Shown: positions 9,476 through 19,397 of the stretch, in pieces | How the letters are laid out: the number at the start of each line of letters is the position of its first letter | How positions within the stretch are numbered: position 1 is the stretch's first letter | Assembly (NCBI GenBank): GCA_040218735.1 | Contig: JAVJQW010000038.1 | Span: 160,001 to 224,000, forward strand | Source of the DNA: Deltaproteobacteria bacterium | GTDB lineage: Bacteria; Myxococcota; Kuafuiibacteriia; Kuafuiibacteriales; Kuafuiibacteriaceae | Direction of reading: 5' to 3' | Length of the DNA: 64,000 nt | Notes under the pieces: model-generated | The model's input: only the letters and a program-made list of their open reading frames with translations | The model's database searches: none | Told to the model about the DNA's origin: nothing | Position numbers and translations under genes: made by a program

Positions 9476-10037
9476 TGAGCCACCCCTGATCCTCGAAGAA
9501 CTCCGCGAGGCGTCGCTTGAGGCGCCGCAGGGCGCGCTGGACGTGGTCCCGAGACATGCCGATTCGTTCGCCGATCTTGGCCTGGCTCAGATCCTCCTGG
9601 AACCGTAGAGCGCAGATGCGTTTGTCCTCCTCGGAGAGACTTTCGAGAAACGCCCGAACTTGTGCGGCTCTTTCTTCGGTCACGAGCTTTTCCTCGGCGG
9701 ACTGGACGGGGAGCGCCGCCTCCGCCCACCGAATCTCGACGTCTTCATCCGGGATCTCCCGCGACTGACGGCCCGTGTATTGGAGCGTGGTGAAGAAGGC
9801 GATCCGCATCAGGTAGGGCTCCGCGGGGCGCGTCGGATCGTAGTTGCCCTTGTCCCACTGCTCCGTGAATCGACCGAACGTCTCCTGCAGGATCTCTTCG
9901 CGGTCGAACGCGCTGACCACGCGCACGAAGCGGTTTTCGCCGCTCTTGTTGTAGTACGAGAAGCCGCTCCGGAGTCGTTGGAGGATCCGAGGGGCCGTCA
10001 CCTCGTAGATCCGCTCTAGCTCCCCTCGATGGACCAT
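9465..10037 (-). CDS. ECF RNA polymerase sigma factor
   Basis: Region 2-like EEILQETF; region 4 FLESLSEEDKRICALRFQEDLSQAKIGERIGMSRDHVQRALRR; ATG at 10037. Confidence 0.88.
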   Translation of the reverse strand: MVHRGELERIYEVTAPRILQRLRSGFSYYNKSGENRFVRVVSAFDREEILQETFGRFTEQWDKGNYDPTRPAEPYLMRIAFFTTLQYTGRQSREIPDEDVEIRWAEAALPVQSAEEKLVTEERAAQVRAFLESLSEEDKRICALRFQEDLSQAKIGERIGMSRDHVQRALRRLKRRLAEFFEDQGWLSEP

Positions 10038-10129
10038 CGTCTGCGGCCGCGTCGCGGCGCGACGACAGCATAGCGAAAAAAGATCGATCGCAGGCGCACA
10101 GGTCGCGGCCCTCGCCCAAACATACAAAC

Positions 10130-11170
10130 GTGACGACGCTGGACCACGCCTGCTCACCCTCGAACCGTCCGCCGCTGGAGCTCGTGCCCTCCCTGCACGC
10201 GGTCGTTCGTCCCCGGCCCATCGTTCAGGTCCCCGCTATGGCTTCGCTGTACGCTCGGGTCGATCGGCTCGCGCGCTGGCCCAAGCCGGTGTTGATCCGA
10301 GGGGAGACCGGCGTGGGCAAGGAGCTCGTCGCCCACGCGTTGCACGAGCGTGGGCCACGCCAAGCGGCGCCCTTCGAGGCGGTCAACTGCGGCGCGCTTC
10401 CGCCCAACCTCGTCGAGGCGACGCTCTTCGGCCACACGCGGGGCAGCTTCAGCGGCGCCGTCGAGGACCACCCCGGTCTGATCGTGGCGGCCGGCGTGGG
10501 CACGCTGTTCCTCGACGAAGTCGGCGACCTCCCGATGCCGGCGCAAGCTGCCTTGCTCAGAGTCTTGTCCGAGGGGATGGTCAGGGCGGTTGGCGCGACC
10601 TACGAGGTCGCCGTTCGTGCGCGCGTCGTCGCCGCGACGAACCGCGACCTCGACGCGATGTGCCGCGCCGGTACCTTTCGCGAAGACCTGTACTTCCGGC
10701 TCGCGGGGATCACGCTGGAGGTCCCGCCGTTGCGGGAGCGCGTCGCGGAGATTCGTGCGCTCGTCGAGCAGACGATCGAGGTCACCAACGCGACGGTCCC
10801 GACGTGTGTTCGCGGCGTCTCTCCCGGCGCCCTTCACCTCCTCGAGCGCTACCGCTGGCCGGGGAACGTGCGTGAGCTCAAAGGCGTCGTGGAGCGGGCG
10901 ATGGTCTTCTGCGATACGCCGCAGCTCGAGCCCCGCAATCTTCCGCCGGCCATCGTCGACGGTTCGAAGCAGCACCGCACGGGCGAGGCCGTGACCGGAG
11001 ACGATCTCAAGAGCCGCGTCCGCCGCTTCGAGGCCGAGGTCATCGTCGGCAAGCTGAACGAAGGACTCACGCAGGCCGAGGCCGCGCGCCAGCTCGGCGT
11101 TCCGCTTCGGACGCTCGTGGACAAGATGAAGCGCCTCGGGATCCGCGCGCGTCCGGACTTTCAGGTGTAG
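10130..11170 (+). CDS. sigma54-dependent enhancer-binding protein (AAA+ and Fis-type HTH) with no N-terminal sensor domain; start may be 10238
   Basis: GETGVGKE, VNCGA, GSFSGA (GAFTGA variant), TLFLDEVG, FREDLYFRL, WPGNVREL, C-terminal HTH. Confidence 0.92.
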   Translation: MTTLDHACSPSNRPPLELVPSLHAVVRPRPIVQVPAMASLYARVDRLARWPKPVLIRGETGVGKELVAHALHERGPRQAAPFEAVNCGALPPNLVEATLFGHTRGSFSGAVEDHPGLIVAAGVGTLFLDEVGDLPMPAQAALLRVLSEGMVRAVGATYEVAVRARVVAATNRDLDAMCRAGTFREDLYFRLAGITLEVPPLRERVAEIRALVEQTIEVTNATVPTCVRGVSPGALHLLERYRWPGNVRELKGVVERAMVFCDTPQLEPRNLPPAIVDGSKQHRTGEAVTGDDLKSRVRRFEAEVIVGKLNEGLTQAEAARQLGVPLRTLVDKMKRLGIRARPDFQV

Positions 11171-11182
11171 CTCCGCCGAGCT

Positions 11183-13930
11183 CTACCGAACGAAGACCCG
11201 CAGGCTCTGCCACTCGGGAGTCGGGTCCGCTCCGTGAACCGAACGTTGGTACATCCGCGCCAGGTCGTCGGGCGACGTCCCTCGGTAGAGCTTCGACACC
11301 AACGCCTTCGCGTGATCGTCGGCGATCGCGCGGCTCGCGCCCACGACGACCTCGGCGCCGGACAGGAGGAACGCGTGCGCGAGGGCCAAGCTCTGACCGG
11401 CGTCGTGGCTCGAGTCTGCGGTTTCGCACCCGGCCAAGAACACGTGCGGAGGGACGCGCGCGAACGCGAGGATGTCCGTCATCGTCAGCGCGGTCCCCTT
11501 CGCCAGCCCCAGCTCGCTCTCGAACCCATCTTGCGCGGACAGACGCGCGTGCCCGGCGAAGTGCGCGAGTTGTAAGCCCGGTCGTTCGAGGTGGGATCGT
11601 ACGGTCGGAAGATCGGCATCGCCGCCCAGGAGCAGCTCGGTGTCCCAGCGGGCATCGACGAGCAGTCGATGGACCGCCTTCGCCTCCTCACGCGCACGCG
11701 GGAGGTTCGCGGCGGGGTCGCCGACGATCAGCGCGCGCCGGCGGGCCTCGACGCGGCGAGGCGGTCGGGGGGCGAGGTCCGCCCCGTAGACGACCTCGCG
11801 CTGGGCGACGAGCGCCGAACCATCGAACGGGAGCGCGTGGAAGTCGACCGAGAGCAACGCGCCGTACGGCAGAATGGTCACGCGGCGTGCACGTCGAATC
11901 GCGCGGGCGAACGGGGAGAGGAGCCGTCGTGCGAGCGCGCGCTCGTCGAGCGCGCTGAGGTCGGCCGATTCGATGCGGCGCATGACGGTGCGTGATGTGT
12001 CGATCGAGAACCCGACCCAGCCCGTCGACGTCGGGTGGAACAGGAGCAACACCTCGTCGTCGTCTGGGGGGCGCAGTCGTGCGTCTCGATCTCGGGCGTC
12101 CCGTGCGAGCGCCGCAAGCGCTTGTTCGAACGCATTGGAGACCGCGCGCACGTTCGCGGCGCGCTTGGCTTTGACGGCGTCGAGCTCCTTCCCCGAGAGC
12201 GTCCAGGCGTGCTCGAGACCGGTCGCCCCGGCGTCGCGCGCGGCGCGGTACTTCGCGAGCGCTTCGTACCACCGCGTTCGTGACATCGGGTCGAGCTGCG
12301 CGACGCGGCTCGCCCAGTCGAGGATCTGAAGCGCTCGCCGCCGGCTCCGTCGAGCGGCCCGAGCGGTCTCCTCGGGCGCGCCGTGCTCGGCCTGCAGGCC
12401 GACCAGCATCCGCGCGCTCTTGGAGAGGAGACGGATGGACGCGTCACGGCCCTCGCCGAAGGGGATGACGAGGAGCTTCTCGTCGACGAGGCGCTCCGCT
12501 TCTTCGAGGTGTCGAATCGCACGGTCGCGCGCGCCCTGCGCGATCGCGACCTCGGCCAGACCAACGGAGGCAAACCAACGAAACAACGCGATGTCCCCGA
12601 GCTCCGCGAGGCTCGCCATCGTTTGATAGGACCGGGTGGCTTCGGCCCACGCGTGGACGCGCGTTTGGATGCGCGCCTTCAGGTGGATTCGGTCGAGTGC
12701 TTCGCGCGGGCTCGGGTCCGAGGTGAGGCGTTCGGCCTCGTCCAACGCCGTTTGTGCCGACACGTCGTCCCCCGCGTTGATGTAGCCCCGCCCGAGCGCG
12801 ACGAGTGCGTTGGCGCGCGTCGCAGCGCGCGGACAATCGGCCGCGTACATCGCGACGGCTTGCCGTAGACGGTCGAGCACCTCCGGGGGCGTTGTGGCAC
12901 CGAGGGCCTCGGCCTCGAGGACGCCGTGGAACGCGCCGTTGTAGAACGTGGCGGCCCGAACGCACGGTTCGCCGCCGGCGTACTGCAGGGCGAGCGCGTC
13001 GTGTCGTCTTGCGTCTGCGAAGCGGCCCATGCGCAACAAGAGCCCCGCGCGGAGAGAGTGACTTGCGACCAACAGCCAATCGATGCCGAGACGCTCGGCG
13101 AGTCGGATGGTGTCGAGCTGCCTCGAGAGCGCAGTGCGGAAGTCGCCGTAGTCGAAGGCGATATTGGAGAGGTAGTACGAGCGAAGTGGTGCGGCGTCGT
13201 GAAAGTCGGCGGCGATCGCGCCGAGGGGCTCGAGCATCGCCGTTGCTTCAGCGAACCGCGCCTCACGGGTGAGGAAGTGCGCGGCGGCGGCGCGATCGTC
13301 CGTGACCGTCTGGAGCAATCCGGCCTGAGTCGCGAGCTCGATCGATGCGCGCAGGTCGTCGATCCCGGCGTCGACCTCGCCCCGCCAGTAGCGGATGCGT
13401 CCGCGGAGACCGAGCGCGTGCGCGCGGACGCTCGCCTCGGGTGCGTCGAGCAGCGATGTGATGACGTCGAGCGCCTGGTCCAGATCCTGTCCGCTGCGGA
13501 GCTCACGCGCTCGTTTGATCTCGGGATGGAGGGTCGAGGGGGTGACTCGGAGCTCGGCGACCACCCGACCGTTCGCTCGAGTCACCAGGGTCGCGCCCGA
13601 TGCGCCCCCCGGGTTTGGGGGTCGTGTGCGGAGCTGCCATCCGTCTTGGACGCGCCGGATCGAGCGTTCGAGCGGTCGATCGTCGAGGGACACGGCGACG
13701 GTCGCGGACGCCGGCTGCGCGACCCACAGGACGAGCTCGCCGCCGGGCTCGATCTCGCACTGACCCCCGCTGCGCACCTCGCTGCAGCCGGACACGAGCA
13801 CCTCGCCGGGCGGCGCGGGCCTCGACGCGGTGAGCGCGCGCGGTGCGGGATCGTCCGCGCCACGGATCGCGGCGTAGGCGGCGATCGCTGCGATGACGAC
13901 GAGCGCAGCGATTCCCTTTCGAGGCAGCAC
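11183..13930 (-). CDS. TPR-CHAT (caspase-like) protease with N-terminal membrane anchor or signal
   Basis: N-terminal hydrophobic segment; helical TPR-like middle; C-terminal LPRAREEA, HFAGHA (His) and FLAGCET (Cys) CHAT motifs. Confidence 0.9.
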   Translation of the reverse strand: MLPRKGIAALVVIAAIAAYAAIRGADDPAPRALTASRPAPPGEVLVSGCSEVRSGGQCEIEPGGELVLWVAQPASATVAVSLDDRPLERSIRRVQDGWQLRTRPPNPGGASGATLVTRANGRVVAELRVTPSTLHPEIKRARELRSGQDLDQALDVITSLLDAPEASVRAHALGLRGRIRYWRGEVDAGIDDLRASIELATQAGLLQTVTDDRAAAAHFLTREARFAEATAMLEPLGAIAADFHDAAPLRSYYLSNIAFDYGDFRTALSRQLDTIRLAERLGIDWLLVASHSLRAGLLLRMGRFADARRHDALALQYAGGEPCVRAATFYNGAFHGVLEAEALGATTPPEVLDRLRQAVAMYAADCPRAATRANALVALGRGYINAGDDVSAQTALDEAERLTSDPSPREALDRIHLKARIQTRVHAWAEATRSYQTMASLAELGDIALFRWFASVGLAEVAIAQGARDRAIRHLEEAERLVDEKLLVIPFGEGRDASIRLLSKSARMLVGLQAEHGAPEETARAARRSRRRALQILDWASRVAQLDPMSRTRWYEALAKYRAARDAGATGLEHAWTLSGKELDAVKAKRAANVRAVSNAFEQALAALARDARDRDARLRPPDDDEVLLLFHPTSTGWVGFSIDTSRTVMRRIESADLSALDERALARRLLSPFARAIRRARRVTILPYGALLSVDFHALPFDGSALVAQREVVYGADLAPRPPRRVEARRRALIVGDPAANLPRAREEAKAVHRLLVDARWDTELLLGGDADLPTVRSHLERPGLQLAHFAGHARLSAQDGFESELGLAKGTALTMTDILAFARVPPHVFLAGCETADSSHDAGQSLALAHAFLLSGAEVVVGASRAIADDHAKALVSKLYRGTSPDDLARMYQRSVHGADPTPEWQSLRVFVR

Positions 13931-14104
13931 GAGCGTTCGGGGCGGTGGGATCCGGCGTCAGGCGCCGCGTCGTCACCACCGCGCCGGAAACGTTGCACCT
14001 TCGCACGGAGCGATCAACGACCGCGCGCGGGGAGGTGGTCCCCGACGCGAGGCTGACCTTCCGGCCGGTGGATCCACTGGCGGACTACGGCTAGGGTCGG
14101 CGCG

Positions 14105-14770
14105 ATGAAACGTTGGATGGGGTGGGTTGGGATCGGTTTGGCCCTCGGATGTCAGAGCACGAATCAACAGGCGAACGACAAGGCGGCTTCGGCCCCGGCG
14201 GCGTCTCCCGCGACGCCCGCGGCGGCGCTTGCGAAGGGTGGGCAGACGTTCTGGATGTCGCCCGGAGGGCTGAAGATCTTCAAGGACGCGGGCGGCGGCG
14301 AAAACAAGCCGTGTAAGAACTGCGTCCTCGACTTCTCCGACGCGTCGAACCTGAACGTCGTCATCACGATGGACGCGGACGATGTGGACTACCCGTTCCT
14401 GCCGATGGCGTGCGCCGTGATCCAGACCTACGACAAGGACGGGGAGTTTCACGCCTACGTGGTGCTCGAGTCGCCGCCCGCCACCGGGTTCGAGAAGAAC
14501 GAGACGTACCCCTCCAAGGTGAAGTCCGAGGCGGCCGCGTTCGACGCGAAGAAGGTCAAGTCCGCGTCGATCCACTTCATCGGGACGAAGTTCGAGCCGG
14601 CCGACGGCGCAAACGCCGAGAGCCGCCCCGTGGCCCGGGACGACGAGGGAAAGATCGTCGAGCGCTTCGCCAACGGCTTCGACAAGTTCACCGATGCGGA
14701 CGGCAACGAAGTGGGGACGTCACCGAAGGAGCTGCACGAAACGGGTAAGAAGTGTAGCGACTTCTACTGA
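14105..14770 (+). CDS. hypothetical lipoprotein
   Basis: Lipobox LALGC; Ala/Pro linker; strong codon bias. Confidence 0.8.
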   Translation: MKRWMGWVGIGLALGCQSTNQQANDKAASAPAASPATPAAALAKGGQTFWMSPGGLKIFKDAGGGENKPCKNCVLDFSDASNLNVVITMDADDVDYPFLPMACAVIQTYDKDGEFHAYVVLESPPATGFEKNETYPSKVKSEAAAFDAKKVKSASIHFIGTKFEPADGANAESRPVARDDEGKIVERFANGFDKFTDADGNEVGTSPKELHETGKKCSDFY

Positions 14771-16236
14771 CAGGACGTGCGCAGCGGGGCATCGAGGCAC
14801 GCATCGACGGGCGCGAGGACGGTGTCCGCGTCGGCACCCGCGACGTCTCGGATCGCTTCGTAGAGGTGACACCGCGTCAGGAAGCCGTGGCGATGCGTCT
14901 GCGCGAGTCGTTTCAATAGAACGTCGTGCCGTTGCGCTCCGAGGTCGTGTCGGAGCTTCTTCATCGCCAGCCCACCCATCGAGTACGCCGACTCCGGTGT
15001 GTGCCGTGAGAACGGCCCCACCGCGTCGAGTTTGTCGGGGATCGCGCAGCCGTAGCTCAACGCGGCCGGCGTCTCGGTCTCCAGCAGCGAGGCGAGGCCT
15101 TCGTCGATCCATCCGTCCGTCGCGGTCGGCGGACGGGCGCTCCGCCCCAGCCACTGGTGGGCGACCTCATGGCGCAGGCGGTCGTCGGAGGCCCCGAGCG
15201 GGAGCCACAGCGCCCCGGCGTACTCCATGCCGCGTGAGGTCCCGGCCTTCCTCGGGCCGACGTCCACGACGAGCCGGTCGAAGGGGAACGGCCCGAGGTG
15301 CTTCGAGAGGCCTCGGATCGCCGCCTCTACCTTCGCGTGTATGTCCGCTATCGATGGTCGATGCCTCGCGGCGCGGCGACGTGAGACGTGGATTTCGATC
15401 GCCGGAAGGTACGTCTCCGCCTCCGGACCGGAGGAGGCGGGGAACGTCTGGGCGTCGGCGTTCGCGGTGAGGTGCAGGTAGAACGACGCGGTGTTGAACC
15501 AGGACGGGAACTGGAGGCGCCACCGCCGTCGGTCGGGGTCGAACGTGGACGTCGTCGCGTTGCTGAACAGCGCATAACTTCGTTCGCTGTCGTCCTTCAG
15601 CGTGAGGTCGAGCTTCAGCGCGAACGTGTCGAACTCGAAGTTGGATGGGAAGTAGCGGTCGGCGAAGAACACGGTGTTTGCGCTGCACTTCTTCTTGCAC
15701 CGCGACGTATCACTCATGTGGAAGACCAACTCGATGCCGCGTTGGGCGAAGTCGTCGAACGACGGCGGCACCCGATACGCGAGGCGAAGCACGTACGGAC
15801 GAGACCGGGGCACGAGCTCCTTGTCGAGGTCGAGGAGTGCGACCTTCGGGTCGACCCGCTCCGGCTGCGTCGGCCGCACTCTGCGGAGCGTCGCCGGCTC
15901 GAGGCGTCGGCCATCGAGGGCGAGCGCCGTCGCCCGAGGGTAGAGCTCGAAGTAGGGGCGGCCGGGGCGCTCGACGACGAAGCGCACCTCCGCGGTGGCG
16001 TCGATGTGTCCGGAGCCCGCGTCGGCCACGTAGGTGACGTGGACGTCGAGGATGTTCACCGGCACGGCGCGCAACGTGCGACCGCCACGGTCATACGAAA
16101 AGGGCGGCGGCGCGTCGTCGAAGTCGCTCGAGGACGCTGCGTGAGACGCCGTGGAAGGCAGCGCGTTCGCGAGGAGCGCAGCCGCGAAGATCGACGCGAG
16201 CAGCGCCAAGAAGACGTGGAGGCGACCGCTACCCAC
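14764..16236 (-). CDS. secreted M1-family (gluzincin) aminopeptidase
   Basis: Signal peptide; GMEY, HEVAHQW and WIDEGLA motifs. Confidence 0.88.
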   Translation of the reverse strand: MGSGRLHVFLALLASIFAAALLANALPSTASHAASSSDFDDAPPPFSYDRGGRTLRAVPVNILDVHVTYVADAGSGHIDATAEVRFVVERPGRPYFELYPRATALALDGRRLEPATLRRVRPTQPERVDPKVALLDLDKELVPRSRPYVLRLAYRVPPSFDDFAQRGIELVFHMSDTSRCKKKCSANTVFFADRYFPSNFEFDTFALKLDLTLKDDSERSYALFSNATTSTFDPDRRRWRLQFPSWFNTASFYLHLTANADAQTFPASSGPEAETYLPAIEIHVSRRRAARHRPSIADIHAKVEAAIRGLSKHLGPFPFDRLVVDVGPRKAGTSRGMEYAGALWLPLGASDDRLRHEVAHQWLGRSARPPTATDGWIDEGLASLLETETPAALSYGCAIPDKLDAVGPFSRHTPESAYSMGGLAMKKLRHDLGAQRHDVLLKRLAQTHRHGFLTRCHLYEAIRDVAGADADTVLAPVDACLDAPLRTSCQ

Positions 16237-16262
16237 CCGCTTACGTCACTCGGGGGCGCGCG

Positions 16263-16763
16263 TCAGTAGGTGACCTGTACGACCTTCGTCTTCGCGATGC
16301 GGTCGTGGAGGCACTGCTGGGTGTCGCCGAAGATCATCAGCGCGTCGATCAGGCCGACGAACGAGCCGACGAAGGGGAGCATCGAGAGCGCGGTGACGGC
16401 CCAGATGCGGAGGACGACGCCCGTGACGAAGTCGATGTCGCTGCCGTCCTCGCGGACGATGCGGATGTTCATCCACTTCTTCGCGAGCGACTGGCCGGTG
16501 GTCGAGATGAGGTACCACTGGTACCCGGTGATCGCGAGGACGAGCAGCACGCCGAGGCCGATGGCGGCTTCCTCCTGTTCGAGCGTCGCGAGGATGACCG
16601 CGGGGAGCACCGCGGCGGCCACGAGGAGGCCGTCCACGATCGCCGCGACGAAGCGCGTGCCGCGCTGTGCGAGCGGCGCGTCGTCGAAGACCTCCTGCTC
16701 CATGTAGCCGTACGGGTTCGGGTCGGAGCGGGGGGCGTCGAAGGGGTTCGGCGAGCTGGTCAC
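16263..16763 (-). CDS. RDD family membrane protein
   Basis: RFVAAIVD, GQSLAK..M.IRIV, LHDRIAKTKVV; N-terminal NPFDAP; GTG at 16763. Confidence 0.9.
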   Translation of the reverse strand: MTSSPNPFDAPRSDPNPYGYMEQEVFDDAPLAQRGTRFVAAIVDGLLVAAAVLPAVILATLEQEEAAIGLGVLLVLAITGYQWYLISTTGQSLAKKWMNIRIVREDGSDIDFVTGVVLRIWAVTALSMLPFVGSFVGLIDALMIFGDTQQCLHDRIAKTKVVQVTY

Positions 16764-16806
16764 GGTCCGGCCACTGTACCGGGCCGCCGCTCGGATGCCC
16801 ACCGCC

Positions 16807-18921
16807 TCAGCGGCGGCGTCGCAGGACGAACGCGAAGAGCACGAGCGCCGTGATCCCCAGGCCGCCGCGTGGCGTGCCGGTGTGGGCACATTCACAGCCG
16901 TCGTCGTCGAAGACGAACGGGCGCCCGCCGTCCGCGGCGCCGCCGTCAGTGCCTACGCCGGGCACGAACCCAGCGTCGACGCCGCCGTCTCGCGGATCAC
17001 CGCCGTCTCGCGTGCCCGCGTCGACGCCGGCTTCGGAGTCGTCGTCGCCGCCGTCGCGCGTGCCCGCGTCGCGCGGCGCGGGGCCTGCGTCGCGTCCGCC
17101 GTCCGAGCCGCCGTCGGGCATCGGGCCCACGCCGCCGTCCCGGCCGCCGTCCGGATCGTCCGGTCCGCCGTCGGGGCCGCCGTCCGGATCGTTCGGTCCG
17201 CCGTCGGGTCCGCCGTCCGGACCGCCGCACGTATCGACGTTTTGGCACACGGTGCCGACGCAGCTGTCGACGGTGCACGCGTCGCCGTCGTCGCAGTCGC
17301 TGTCGAGCACGCAGCAGCCGGCGCCCGCGTACTGGCAGGTGTTCGTGCCGAGATCGCAGGTGTCGGTGGTGCAGGCCATGCCGTCGTTGCAGTCCGCGTC
17401 GGCTTCGCAGCAGTTCGCGACGTTTGCGTACTGGCAGGTGTTCGTGCCGAGATCGCAGGACTCCGTCGTGCACACCGAGCCGTCGTTGCAGTCCGCGTCG
17501 GCGACGCAGCAGGCGCCGATGACGGGGTTCGAGCAGGTGCCGCCGGGGCCGGAGCAGACGTCGGCGGTGCACACGTCACCGTCGGTGCAGTCGCCGTCGG
17601 TGAGGCAGCACCCGGCGACGGCGCTGTTCGAGCACAGGCCGGTCATCGTGTCGCAGCTGTCCGTCGTGCACGCGTTCCCGTCGCTGCAGTCCGCGTCGGC
17701 GACGCAGCAGCCGGGGACCGCGGCGTTCACGCAGGTGTTCGTCGCGAGGTTGCAGCTGTCGGTCGTGCAGATCGAGCCGTCGGTGCAGTCGGCGTCCGCG
17801 GTGCAGCAGCCCGCGATCGGGTTCGACTGGCACATCCCGCCGGGGCCCGGCGTGCAGACGTCGGCGGTGCAGACGTCCGCGTCGTCGCAGTCGGTGTCGA
17901 CGTAGCAGCAGCTCGCGATCGCGGGGTTCGTACAGGTGCCGCCGGGGCCCGAGCACACGTCGGCGGTGCAGGGGTCGCCGTCGCCGCAGTCGGCGTCGAC
18001 GTTGCAGCAACCGGCGATCCGTGCGTTGTCGCAGCCGCCGGGCTCGGCGCAGCTGTCGGCGGTGCAGAGGTTGCCGTCGTCGCAGTCGAGCGGAGCGGGT
18101 GCGGGCGTGCAGCTCGCGGCTTGGCAGGTCTCGGTCCCGTTGCACGCGACGCCGTCGGGGCAGGGGGTGTTGTCGGGGATGGTCGCGTCGACCGGGCAGA
18201 ACGGGTTGGCGCCGGAGCAGACCTCCTGCGGATCGCAGACGTCGGTCGACGCGCGGCACACGGTGCCGCCGGCGACGAAGCCGTCGGCGGGGCAAGCTAC
18301 GTTGACACCGTTGCAGAGCTCGTCGACGTCACACACGTCGACGGCCGGGCGGCAGTTGGTGCCGGCCGGGGAGATCGTGTTCGCGGGGCACGCGACGCTG
18401 ACACCGTCGCAGGTCTCGGCCGGGTCGCAGCCGCCCGCGGAGCCGCGGCACGGACGGCCGACGGGGTAGAGTTGGTCGGCGGGGCAAGCGGCGCCGAGGC
18501 CGTCGCAGATCTCTTGCGGGTCACACGTCCCCGCGGACGGTCGGCAGAGCGCGCCGTTCGGGAGGAAGCTGTCGGCGGGGCACAGCCCGTCCTGGCCGGT
18601 GCACACCTCCGGCTCGTCGCACAGCCCGCCCACGGCGCGGCACACGAAGCCGGCCGCCTCGAACTGATCGGCGGGGCACTGGCCGACGGCGCCGTCGCAC
18701 ACTTCGGCGATGTCGCAGGTGTCGACCGCGGCGCGGCAGACGGTGCCGACCGGCTCGATGGTGCAGGTGGGGGAGCAGCAGTCGCCGGCCGCGAGGTTGC
18801 CGTCATCACAGGCCTCGGGCGGCTCGAGCACCGCGTTCCCGCAGACCTGCGCCCACGCCCCGGCGGGGGCGACAAAACTCGCGACGAAGGCGGCCGACGC
18901 CAAGCGAACGAACGGAGACAT
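16807..18921 (-). CDS. Cys-rich surface protein with disintegrin-like and CxDGxxCTxDxC repeats and a MYXO-CTERM tail
   Basis: Signal peptide; CGN..E..E.CDDG; six CR.....CD..E.C.G....CP.D/N; nine CxDGxxCTxDxC-type repeats; DGG/DAG linker; GCEC-TM-RRRR. Confidence 0.9.
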   Translation of the reverse strand: MSPFVRLASAAFVASFVAPAGAWAQVCGNAVLEPPEACDDGNLAAGDCCSPTCTIEPVGTVCRAAVDTCDIAEVCDGAVGQCPADQFEAAGFVCRAVGGLCDEPEVCTGQDGLCPADSFLPNGALCRPSAGTCDPQEICDGLGAACPADQLYPVGRPCRGSAGGCDPAETCDGVSVACPANTISPAGTNCRPAVDVCDVDELCNGVNVACPADGFVAGGTVCRASTDVCDPQEVCSGANPFCPVDATIPDNTPCPDGVACNGTETCQAASCTPAPAPLDCDDGNLCTADSCAEPGGCDNARIAGCCNVDADCGDGDPCTADVCSGPGGTCTNPAIASCCYVDTDCDDADVCTADVCTPGPGGMCQSNPIAGCCTADADCTDGSICTTDSCNLATNTCVNAAVPGCCVADADCSDGNACTTDSCDTMTGLCSNSAVAGCCLTDGDCTDGDVCTADVCSGPGGTCSNPVIGACCVADADCNDGSVCTTESCDLGTNTCQYANVANCCEADADCNDGMACTTDTCDLGTNTCQYAGAGCCVLDSDCDDGDACTVDSCVGTVCQNVDTCGGPDGGPDGGPNDPDGGPDGGPDDPDGGRDGGVGPMPDGGSDGGRDAGPAPRDAGTRDGGDDDSEAGVDAGTRDGGDPRDGGVDAGFVPGVGTDGGAADGGRPFVFDDDGCECAHTGTPRGGLGITALVLFAFVLRRRR

Positions 18922-18997
18922 CCACCGGCTAGAGTCGGCCGCCCCGACGGCGACTGGCGTGGTGTGTTTCGAACTGAGCCACTGCTAACGTGGCGAC

Positions 18998-19396
18998 ATG
19001 GGGACGAAGACGGCGGCCTGCGCCTGCGGACAGCTCACGGTGACCGTGGAAGGGGACCCGGTGCGGCTCTCGATGTGCCACTGCTTCGAGTGCCAGCGAA
19101 GGACGGGCAGCGTCTTCGGCGTGCAGGCGCGCTACCCCGTCGAGCGTGTGAAGTCGTCCGGGGAGGCGTCGGTCTACGAGCGCCGCGGCGACGAAGGGAA
19201 CCTCATCCGCTTCTCCTTCTGCCCGACCTGCGCGACGACGCTGCACTGGGTGATCGACGCCCAGCCCGAGCTCGTCGCGGTGGCGGTGGGCGCGTTCGCG
19301 GATCCGAGCTTCGGTGCGCCGACCGTGTCGGTGTACGAGGACCGCCGGCACGGCTGGGTGAACCTGTCCGCGATGGCGATCGAGCACTGGGACTGA
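18998..19396 (+). CDS. GFA/CENP-V family Zn-binding protein
   Basis: CACG, CHCFECQR and FCPTC motifs. Confidence 0.92.
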   Translation: MGTKTAACACGQLTVTVEGDPVRLSMCHCFECQRRTGSVFGVQARYPVERVKSSGEASVYERRGDEGNLIRFSFCPTCATTLHWVIDAQPELVAVAVGAFADPSFGAPTVSVYEDRRHGWVNLSAMAIEHWD

Positions 19397-19397
19397 C

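Noticed and set aside
10040-10130. Sigma54 -24/-12 promoter upstream of the ECF gene
   Set aside because: The best candidate has GG-to-GC spacing off by one base and a poor consensus match.
11183-13930. Type III-E CRISPR Craspase locus
   Set aside because: No Cas7-11, Csx30/31 or array in the window; only an analogy.
8690-16240. Integrated mobile element carrying the ECF/CHAT block
   Set aside because: Codon usage looks slightly less biased, but I found no integrase, transposase, tRNA or flanking direct repeats.
18998-19396. GFA gene as part of the RiPP cluster
   Set aside because: Only 1 nt from the kinase start, but GFA proteins are common stand-alone genes with no known role in such pathways; left unassigned.
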